Source: Syntrophaceae bacterium (GTDB lineage: Bacteria > Desulfobacterota > Syntrophia > Syntrophales > UBA4778). Taken from it: a stretch of 53,597 bases of DNA. Shown piece after piece: positions 8,475 through 15,197 of the stretch. Where the stretch lies: positions 1 through 53,597 of the forward strand of contig JBDKTK010000417.1 in the NCBI GenBank assembly GCA_039680225.1, read 5' to 3'. The translations under genes and the position numbers were made by a program. Below the pieces are notes generated by a model, which was not told the origin of the DNA, did not search any database, and saw only the letters and a program-made list of their open reading frames with translations. The first letter of the stretch is position 1; every line of letters starts with the position of its first letter.

Positions 8475-9016
8475 AAGAGAAAGGGCTGATATTCACGATC
8501 GGCCATTCCACGATGCCGCTGGACAAATTCATGTCCATCCTGAAGGACAACTCGATTGAGCTCGTGGCGGATGTGCGGACCCTGCCGCATTCCCGCCATA
8601 ACCCGCAGTTCAATATCGAAACGCTCCCGGCAGAGCTGGCCGGAGCGGGGATCGGGTACGCTCACCTGGCCGCCCTCGGAGGGCTGCGCCATACCCGGCC
8701 GGATTCGCCCAACAAAGGATGGGTGAACGCCTCTTTCCGGGGGTTCGCCGACTACATGCAGACGCAGGAATTTGAGAAGGGGCTTAAGGAACTGATTAAA
8801 ACTGCGCGGTCGAGGCGGACGGCGGTCATGTGCGCCGAAGCGCTCCCCTGGCGGTGCCACCGGTCGCTCATTGCAGATGCGCTGACCGTCAGGGGCTGGC
8901 GCGTGGAGCATCTCACCGGGACAGGCAAGCCCTACCCGCACCAGGTAACGAAAATGGCCCGGGTGGAAGGCCTGAATATCACCTATCCCCCCAACAGTAA
9001 TCCCGGGCCCAAATAG
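8471..9016 (+). CDS. DUF488 domain-containing protein
   Basis: 181 aa with FTIGHS, DVRTLPHSRHNPQF and CAEALPWRCHRSLIAD, which match my memory of DUF488. ATGA overlap with the upstream gene. Confidence 0.7.
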   Translation: MKEKGLIFTIGHSTMPLDKFMSILKDNSIELVADVRTLPHSRHNPQFNIETLPAELAGAGIGYAHLAALGGLRHTRPDSPNKGWVNASFRGFADYMQTQEFEKGLKELIKTARSRRTAVMCAEALPWRCHRSLIADALTVRGWRVEHLTGTGKPYPHQVTKMARVEGLNITYPPNSNPGPK

Positions 9017-9095
9017 AATTTTTCTATTCCGCCGAAATGTTATATAAATCGGGATGGTAAAACCAATCAGCGTGTCCTTAAAAGGAGGGAACAGC

Positions 9096-9575
9096 ATGCA
9101 GGTCCTGATCCTTTATTATTCCAGAACGGGCAACACCAAAAAGCTCGCCGAGGAGATCGGAAAAGGCGTGGTCCAGGTAGACGGCGTCAAATGCGTCCTG
9201 AAGTCGACAGATGAAGTCACGAAAGAGGATTTCCTGGCCTCCGGCGGGATCATTGTGGGCTCGCCGGTGTATTTCGGCAGCATGGCGGCGGGTCTGAAGG
9301 ATGTGCTCGACAAGCATGTCGGCATCCGCAAGAAAATGGAGAACAAGGTCGGGGCGGCTTTCGCCACATCTGCCGACCCCTCGGGCGGGAAAGACACGAC
9401 GATAATATCCATAATCCAAGCCCTGCTCATCTACGGGATGATCATCATCGGCGACCCCATTGACGCAACGGGCCATTACGGCGTTTCCTGCCTGGGCGCC
9501 CCCGACCATCAGGCCGCGCTCAATGCCGCAAAGCTGGGCAGGAGGGTGGCCGAGCTCGTTAAAAAACTGCAGTGA
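9096..9575 (+). CDS. flavodoxin-like NAD(P)H-dependent oxidoreductase (WrbA-like)
   Basis: Start placed at ATG 9096, after the SD AAAGGAGGG. MQVLILYYSRTGNTKKLAE is the flavodoxin FMN loop. The tracked ORF begins 42 nt earlier without an SD. Confidence 0.75.
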   Translation: MQVLILYYSRTGNTKKLAEEIGKGVVQVDGVKCVLKSTDEVTKEDFLASGGIIVGSPVYFGSMAAGLKDVLDKHVGIRKKMENKVGAAFATSADPSGGKDTTIISIIQALLIYGMIIIGDPIDATGHYGVSCLGAPDHQAALNAAKLGRRVAELVKKLQ

Positions 9576-9583
9576 GGTCTCCC

Positions 9584-9907
9584 ATGGAAGAAGATGTCAT
9601 CCAGGTGTTCACGACCACGGAAAAGAAGGAGGATGCCGAACGGATCGCGAAATCCCTTATCGACGCCAAGCTTGCGGCCTGCGTCCAGATAATGGGGCCG
9701 ATCGAGAGCACTTACCGGTGGAAGGGAAAGATCGAAAAAACCGCCGAATGGTTCTGCTTCATCAAGAGCACGCAGAAACTGTACCCGGACCTGGAGAGCG
9801 CCATCAAGAAAGAACACCCTTACGAAGTCCCGGAGATCATCGCGGTCCCCGTTTCCGGCGGCAGCGCCGATTATCTCAAATGGCTCAAGGGCCAGGTAAA
9901 AAAGTAG
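9584..9907 (+). CDS. cutA: divalent-cation tolerance protein CutA
   Basis: CutA1 signature: LAACVQI...STYRWKGKIE...EHPYEVPEIIAVPV. I prefer ATG 9584 (GAGG SD). GTG 9572 (GTGA overlap) is the alternative start. Confidence 0.85.
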   Translation: MEEDVIQVFTTTEKKEDAERIAKSLIDAKLAACVQIMGPIESTYRWKGKIEKTAEWFCFIKSTQKLYPDLESAIKKEHPYEVPEIIAVPVSGGSADYLKWLKGQVKK

Positions 9908-9917
9908 GTGGCATGGA

Positions 9918-11153
9918 ATGAAAATCGAAGAGCTGCACGTCTCCAATTTCAAGACCTTTGAAAACCTGGACCTGACGGACCTCAACAATTTCAGCGTTTT
10001 GATCGGGGCCAATTCCTCGGGCAAGTCCAATTTCATCCAGATATTCCGGTTCCTGAAAGACATCTCCCGCAGCGGGCTGCGCAACGCGGTCTCCCTCCAG
10101 GGCGGGATCGAATACCTGAAAAATACGAGGCTGGGCCCGAAAGAGATATCGATCAAGCTGGTGTACGATCCCGGGCTCGAGGTGACGAGAAAAAAGGGCG
10201 CGCTGAAGATCCGGTACCGGAAGTTTACGTACGGCTTTGATCTCGAGCTGACCGCCAGGGGACGAGGCTACAGGATCAAGCGGGACTGCCTGGAAAAAGA
10301 GATGGAGTTCCCGGCACAGGGCAATGCCGGCAAATCACGGAAGCTCCTGACGGGCAGAAGCATCCTTTGCAGCAGCGGCGGAAAAATCACCTACGAGCTT
10401 GACGTCCCCCGCGGTGTGAAGCTCAAAGCCGATGATGTGATCCCGCCCTTTCTCAAGGAGGAGAGTCTTCCCCCGGACAGCCTGCTTCTGGAGAGTTCGT
10501 TCTTTTCCTTCTTCCATCGTTTTGAGAGATTCTTTGACAAGATCGCCATTTATGATTTTGATCCCAAGCTGCCGAAACGGTCGGTCACGACGAGGGCAAA
10601 AGTAGAGCTCGAGGAGAACGGCAGCAACCTTGCAATAGTCCTGAAAGACATCCTGGAAGACCCGGACCGCAAGAGGAAGTTCTCCAACCTGCTGCGCGAC
10701 CTGCTGCCGTTTTTTGAAGACCTGGAAGTGGAAAACATCACCGATAAGTCCCTGATCATGAAATTGCGCGAGCTTTATAACGGCAACCGGTACATGCCGG
10801 CCCCGTTCATTTCCGACGGCACCATAAACATGATCAACATGATCGTGGCCCTGTATTTCGAGGATAAATCGCTTGTGATAATGGAGGAGCCCGAACGCAG
10901 CATCCACCCGGCTCTCATTTCCCGGATGATTGAGATGATGAAGGACGCTTCCTGCAGGAAACAGATAATTTTGACGACCCACAACCCGGAGATAGTCAGG
11001 GCCGCCGGCCCCCGCAACATCTACCTGGTCTCCCGCGACCGGACGGGTTTTTCGACCGTGAGCCGCCCCTACGAGAAGGAGGAAATAAGGGCATTTCTCG
11101 AAAACGACATAAAAATAGAGGACCTTTACACCAAGGACCTGCTGGGAATCTGA
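9918..11153 (+). CDS. ABC/SMC-type AAA family ATPase (AAA_15/AAA_21-like; OLD / AriA / AbiL-ATPase-like)
   Basis: 411 aa. Walker A is LIGANSSGKSN at the extreme N-terminus, followed by a long helical insert. ABC-signature-like FISDGT, Walker B SLVIMEEPERSIHP and H-loop LTTHNPE are present. Confidence 0.75.
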   Translation: MKIEELHVSNFKTFENLDLTDLNNFSVLIGANSSGKSNFIQIFRFLKDISRSGLRNAVSLQGGIEYLKNTRLGPKEISIKLVYDPGLEVTRKKGALKIRYRKFTYGFDLELTARGRGYRIKRDCLEKEMEFPAQGNAGKSRKLLTGRSILCSSGGKITYELDVPRGVKLKADDVIPPFLKEESLPPDSLLLESSFFSFFHRFERFFDKIAIYDFDPKLPKRSVTTRAKVELEENGSNLAIVLKDILEDPDRKRKFSNLLRDLLPFFEDLEVENITDKSLIMKLRELYNGNRYMPAPFISDGTINMINMIVALYFEDKSLVIMEEPERSIHPALISRMIEMMKDASCRKQIILTTHNPEIVRAAGPRNIYLVSRDRTGFSTVSRPYEKEEIRAFLENDIKIEDLYTKDLLGI

Positions 11154-11179
11154 AGAAACGCTCCCTGCTGTTCGTCTGG

Positions 11180-11725
11180 GTGGAAGGCGGAAGCGACGCC
11201 AGGTTTTTTGATTCAGTCCTGAAACCCCTGCTCGTGAGAAAATACGACCGGGTCGTGATCCGGACGTATGCCAGCATGAAGAGGGACAAGTTTTCCGCCC
11301 TGCTGTATGCGATCAGGGCAATGGGAGCGGATTATCTCGTGATAGCCGATTACGACTGCTCGCCCTGCGTCACGTCCAAGAAGGAATGGCTTAACCAGCA
11401 CATCAAGGGGCTGGATCAGGGGCGGACCAGGATAGTGATCGAAGAGATCGAAAGCTGGTACGCCGCGGGGCTCGATGAGCAGGGGATTGCAAAATTCGGC
11501 ATGCCGGTCTTGGCCGCTATGGCCGGGACGGACAGGATGACGAAGGAGCAGTTCAACGACATGGTCCCGGCAAAGTATGACTCACGGATTGATTTCATGA
11601 TGGAGGTCCTCAAGGTCTATTCTCTGGAGACGGCCCGGAGAAAGAACAGGTCCTTTGAATATTTCCTGAGGAAACAGGGCCTGGTTGCAGACATGGTTGA
11701 ACCGCGGACTGCGAGCGCTGTTTAA
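11180..11725 (+). CDS. stand-alone Toprim-like protein (DUF4276/DUF4435-like), partner of the ATPase; true start probably upstream (CTG 11150)
   Basis: Candidate Toprim motifs are VEGGSDARFF (catalytic Glu), IADYDCS (DxD) and EEIESWY (resembles the EAW motif I recall for DUF4276). The first canonical start (GTG 11180) would remove the beta-strand SLLFVW that precedes the Glu. Confidence 0.6.
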   Translation: MEGGSDARFFDSVLKPLLVRKYDRVVIRTYASMKRDKFSALLYAIRAMGADYLVIADYDCSPCVTSKKEWLNQHIKGLDQGRTRIVIEEIESWYAAGLDEQGIAKFGMPVLAAMAGTDRMTKEQFNDMVPAKYDSRIDFMMEVLKVYSLETARRKNRSFEYFLRKQGLVADMVEPRTASAV

Positions 11726-11751
11726 ATTCATAACACGACATCGAGCTTTTG

Positions 11752-11777
11752 CAGGGGCGTATGGCCATACGCCCCTG
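11752..11777 (+). terminator. perfect GC-rich hairpin after the Toprim-like gene
   Basis: CAGGGGCGTATGG/CCATACGCCCCTG, a 13-bp perfect inverted repeat 27 nt after the stop. There is no clear U-run. Confidence 0.4.
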
Positions 11778-11819
11778 TTGCTGAAGAAACAAAAAATTCA
11801 TCCTGAACGGAGCCGGGCA

Positions 11820-13391
11820 ATGAAAATAGCCAGCGTAATTGAAATGAGGACCATGGACCGGGAGGCTGTCGAGCAGTTCGGCATTTCCGAACAGCTCCTG
11901 ATGGAAAACGCCGGAATGGCGGCATGCACGGTGATATCGCGGGAGTTCGGCGTCCGGGGAAAAAGGTTCATAATCTTCTGCGGCATGGGCAATAACGGCG
12001 GGGACGGGTTCGTCGCGGCCCGCAAACTCCACTCCATGGGAGGCCGGGTAAAAGTCTTCATCCTCGGCGATCCGAAAAAATACTCCGGAGCTGCAAAGGT
12101 CAATTATAAAATGGCGTCCCTTCTCGCAATGGAAATGAAATCGATAAATTCAGCCGACGGCCTCCGGGAAGCAATCGACGGATGCGATGCAATTGTCGAC
12201 GCGATTTTCGGGACCGGGCTGACGAGGGAAATAGAAGGGTACATCGGCCGGGTGATCGACCTGATCAACTCTTCGGGGAAGGCCGTCTTCAGTCTCGATA
12301 TCCCGTCGGGGATAAACGGCGATACCGGTGAGGCGATGGGGAAGGCGGTGCGGGCCGACTTCACCGTGACGTTCGGGCTTCCGAAGACCGGGAACATCCT
12401 CTACCCGGGATTTGCCAATTGCGGCAACCTGAGCTTATCGCATATCTCTTTCCCGCCATCCCTTTACGGCAACTCGGAACTGAAAGTGGAAATCAATGTC
12501 CCCGTTGCCATTCCCGAGCGGAAGCCGGACGGATACAAGAAAACATTCGGCGAAGTGCTCTTCATAGCCGGGGCTGCCGGATACATCGGCGCGCCCTACT
12601 TTTCCTCTTATTCTTTCCTGAAAGCGGGAGGCGGATATTCCCGCCTTGCCGCCCCCGCGTCTGTCGCCCCGCTGATTGCGGCCAAGGGCAGCGAGATAGT
12701 GCTCCACCCGCAGAAAGAGACCGGCAAGGGTTCCCTGGCTTACTCGAATAAAAACGAACTGCTGTCCCTGGCAAACAGGATGGACTTGGTGGTCATCGGG
12801 CCGGGGCTGTCTCTCGACGAAGAGGCCCAGCGCCTGGCGCGCGAGCTGATCGCGGAAATCGCTGTCCCGGTGCTTATTGACGGCGACGGCATAACTGCGG
12901 TGAGCGCGAAGACCGAACTGCTGCGCGGCAGGAAAGACCGGACAATCATCACTCCCCACATGGGCGAGATGGCGCGGCTTGCGGGGCTCAGCGTCGCTGA
13001 AATTGGAAAAAAGCAGGTCGAGGTCCTGCAATGCACGGCGAGGCAGCTCAACGCGGTGATCGTCCTGAAGGGCGCGCATTCCCTTATCGGGTACCCCGAC
13101 GGCAGCGTTTTCATGAACATGAGCGGCAATGCAGGGATGGCGAAGGCCGGGACGGGAGACGTCCTCAACGGCATTATCGCGGCCATGCACGGGCTGGGCC
13201 TTCCCGTTCCCGAGGCGGCGCGCATGGGGGTGTTTGTGCACGGCCTGGCCGGCGACGTCGCCGCGCAGGAAACCGGCGAGGACGGGATCTCCGCGCAGGA
13301 CCTTTTGAGCAGCCTTCCCGAGGCCGTGACCATCGCCCGCGAAATGGAATACGGGGATTTCGTGGAAGCTTACGGCATCGAGGAGATTTAA
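11820..13391 (+). CDS. nnr: bifunctional NAD(P)H-hydrate epimerase / ADP-dependent NAD(P)H-hydrate dehydratase
   Basis: Start placed at ATG 11820 (MKIASVIEMRTMDREA). The YjeF-N motif is CGMGNNGGDGFVAAR. The C-terminal carbohydrate-kinase motif is GNAGMAKAGTGDVL. The tracked ORF starts 135 nt earlier, inside the hairpin. Confidence 0.85.
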   Translation: MKIASVIEMRTMDREAVEQFGISEQLLMENAGMAACTVISREFGVRGKRFIIFCGMGNNGGDGFVAARKLHSMGGRVKVFILGDPKKYSGAAKVNYKMASLLAMEMKSINSADGLREAIDGCDAIVDAIFGTGLTREIEGYIGRVIDLINSSGKAVFSLDIPSGINGDTGEAMGKAVRADFTVTFGLPKTGNILYPGFANCGNLSLSHISFPPSLYGNSELKVEINVPVAIPERKPDGYKKTFGEVLFIAGAAGYIGAPYFSSYSFLKAGGGYSRLAAPASVAPLIAAKGSEIVLHPQKETGKGSLAYSNKNELLSLANRMDLVVIGPGLSLDEEAQRLARELIAEIAVPVLIDGDGITAVSAKTELLRGRKDRTIITPHMGEMARLAGLSVAEIGKKQVEVLQCTARQLNAVIVLKGAHSLIGYPDGSVFMNMSGNAGMAKAGTGDVLNGIIAAMHGLGLPVPEAARMGVFVHGLAGDVAAQETGEDGISAQDLLSSLPEAVTIAREMEYGDFVEAYGIEEI

Positions 13392-13397
13392 AACCGA

Positions 13398-14396
13398 ATG
13401 AAAATAAAAGAACTGGGGGAGTTCAGGTTCATTGACCGCGTCAAGCAGGGATGCGTCGTGCGCCCGGGAGGGGTCATCAAGGCCATTGACGACGATTGCT
13501 GTGTCTTCAGGACCCCCGAAAAAAAAGTAAACCTGCTCACCACCGATATGCTGGTCGAAAACATTCATTTCATCCGGGACGCGATTCCCGCATTCACGCT
13601 GGGCAGGAAATCGCTGGCGGTGAATATTTCCGATATCGCCGCGATGGGCGGAGTGCCCGGGGAAGCGGTCATATCGCTGGCCATCCCGGAGACGGTCGAA
13701 GTCGATTACCTCGATAAATTCTATGAAGGCATGAGGTCGATGTGCGGGGAGTTCATGGTCAACATACTCGGCGGGGACACCACTTCATCGCCGCAGCACC
13801 TGGCAATCAATATCGCGCTCACCGGCTGGGCCGCCGAGGACGAGGTGCTTTATCGCGACGGCGCCAGGCCGGGGGATATCGTTTTCCTGACCGGTCATGT
13901 CGGCTCGTCTGCGGCGGGGCTCGATATCGTGCTTACGAAAAGGGAGTTCGCGGGGAAACAGGAACTGCTGGATGCGCATTACGACCCGCGCCCCCAGGTG
14001 AAAGAGGGCCGGATTATTTCCGGCCTGAAGGCGGCACACTCGCTGATTGACGTGTCCGACGGCATTGCTTCGGACCTGGGCCATATCTGCCGGCAATCCG
14101 GGGCCGGCGCGGTCCTGGATTGGAGCGATATCCCTGTAACGGAAACGTTCCGGAAGTATTGCGCTCAATTCCAGGAAGACCCCGAGAGGCTGGCGCTGCA
14201 CGTGGGCGAGGACTATGTATTGCTGGGCACCCATCCGGCTGAGAAGGCTGTAATCCTGAAGGAAGCGCTGCTCTCCAAGGGGTGCCGGTACTTTCCCATC
14301 GGGAGAATTGTTGAAGGGTACGGCATAAAACTGCAGATGCCGGACGGCGCGATCAAACCGATCCCCGACCGCGGTTACGACCACTTCCGGAAATGA
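13398..14396 (+). CDS. thiL: thiamine-monophosphate kinase
   Basis: 332 aa with a PurM/AIR-synthase-like fold. LGEFRFIDR, LTTDMLVENIHF, NISDIAAMGG and LGGDTTSS are typical ThiL motifs. Confidence 0.85.
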   Translation: MKIKELGEFRFIDRVKQGCVVRPGGVIKAIDDDCCVFRTPEKKVNLLTTDMLVENIHFIRDAIPAFTLGRKSLAVNISDIAAMGGVPGEAVISLAIPETVEVDYLDKFYEGMRSMCGEFMVNILGGDTTSSPQHLAINIALTGWAAEDEVLYRDGARPGDIVFLTGHVGSSAAGLDIVLTKREFAGKQELLDAHYDPRPQVKEGRIISGLKAAHSLIDVSDGIASDLGHICRQSGAGAVLDWSDIPVTETFRKYCAQFQEDPERLALHVGEDYVLLGTHPAEKAVILKEALLSKGCRYFPIGRIVEGYGIKLQMPDGAIKPIPDRGYDHFRK

Positions 14397-14427
14397 CCGG
14401 CGCCTCAATGAGGGAATTCAAGCGGCC

Positions 14428-14468
14428 AAAAAAAATAACACGGACTTGGCGGTGTCCGTGTTATTTTG
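14428..14468. terminator. bidirectional rho-independent terminator between thiL and the small-peptide genes
   Basis: AATAACACGGAC-ttggcggt-GTCCGTGTTATT, a 12-bp stem flanked by an A-run on the left and a T-run on the right. Confidence 0.7.
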
Positions 14469-14537
14469 AGGGAGGTATGGCGCAGGAACTTTATTCCCGC
14501 AGTGCATTGCTGCACGGTGAATCTACATAAAAGGTTA

Positions 14538-14627
14538 TTACTCGAACGGTGTTGCCATCGGGTCAACCCATTTCACCCAGGTATATTTCGCTTTAGCTGT
14601 TTTTTGGGTCTTTTCGGTCTTTTTCAT
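14538..14627 (-). CDS. small Lys-rich peptide a (29 aa), MKKTEKTQKTAKAKYTWVKWVDPMATPFE
   Basis: Hand-translated and not in the track. SD GGAGGA lies 7 nt upstream of the ATG. It is paralogous to peptide b at both the nucleotide and protein level. Confidence 0.6.
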   Translation of the reverse strand: MKKTEKTQKTAKAKYTWVKWVDPMATPFE

Positions 14628-14658
14628 TTTAAATCCTCCTTCATGAATCTGAAATCAT

Positions 14659-14751
14659 CTATTCAATCGGGGTTGCCATCGGGTCGAAATCAGCCAGCTT
14701 TATCCACTCGTATTTCTCTTTGGTCTCTTTGGTCTTCTCGGTCTTTTTCAT
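14659..14751 (-). CDS. small Lys-rich peptide b (30 aa), MKKTEKTKETKEKYEWIKLADFDPMATPIE
   Basis: Hand-translated, with SD AAAGGGGA upstream. It shares MKKTEKT at the start and DPMATP(F/I)E at the end with peptide a. Confidence 0.6.
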   Translation of the reverse strand: MKKTEKTKETKEKYEWIKLADFDPMATPIE

Positions 14752-14780
14752 TTCGGATCCCCTTTCTTAAAGATTTCGTT

Positions 14781-14879
14781 TTACGGCCTGAAAGGATAGC
14801 AGGTGGGGTCTACCCAGAGTCCTCCGACCTTGCGCGCCCTTTCTCTTGACCCTTTTTTGTTTCTGATGTCCTTTTTCAT
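14781..14879 (-). CDS. small basic peptide c (32 aa), MKKDIRNKKGSRERARKVGGLWVDPTCYPFRP
   Basis: Internal ATG of tracked ORF 14781..14981, preceded by the SD GGGGAGG. It shares the MKK start and the W-V-D-P motif with peptide a. Confidence 0.5.
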   Translation of the reverse strand: MKKDIRNKKGSRERARKVGGLWVDPTCYPFRP

Positions 14880-15197
14880 CCTTCTTACCTCCCCTTGGGG
14901 AGTGTCGGTTCTTTTTTCGCGATTAAAATATACTTCGCGCCCTGCCTGGACAATCGGAGTTCTTCCGAAAAAATAGTTCAATAAAGAAATAAATTTCTTA
15001 GGAGGGGCAATAAAGCCCTGATCGGTGTTTGTCCTATTGTTTTTCTCAGGGATTTCTATAAAATCTTGAAAGCCGCGGCACGGCGGGCGGGATTGCCGGA
15101 ATGCAGCAGAAAAAAATCCTTTGTACTCCGGAGGATTTCAATTGACACGGCATTGAGTTAAATATATTCATCTCCCTGAAAATATTGGAGAAAACAA

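Noticed and set aside
9918-11725. Whether the ATPase/Toprim pair sits on a recently acquired island (GC shift, flanking repeats, integrase, tRNA).
   Set aside because: By eye the composition matches the neighbours. No direct repeats, integrase or tRNA flank it. The defence-module hypothesis is kept, but the horizontal-island idea is dropped.
12435-14408. Minus-strand ORFs of 377 aa and 207 aa opposite nnr and thiL. Similar long antisense ORFs occur at 10335..10982, 15618..16430, 20775..21923, 28828..29550, 30677..31414, 34459..35409, 43196..44815 and 50665..52888.
   Set aside because: All lie opposite genes with strong family motifs and have Arg/Gly/Pro-biased composition typical of the antisense frame in high-GC3 genomes.
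14466-14849. Plus-strand 127-aa ORF covering the small-peptide region.
   Set aside because: It is Phe/Leu/Ser-rich, the mirror image of Lys/Glu-rich coding. It has no SD, whereas the minus strand has three SD-ATG units with paralogous products.
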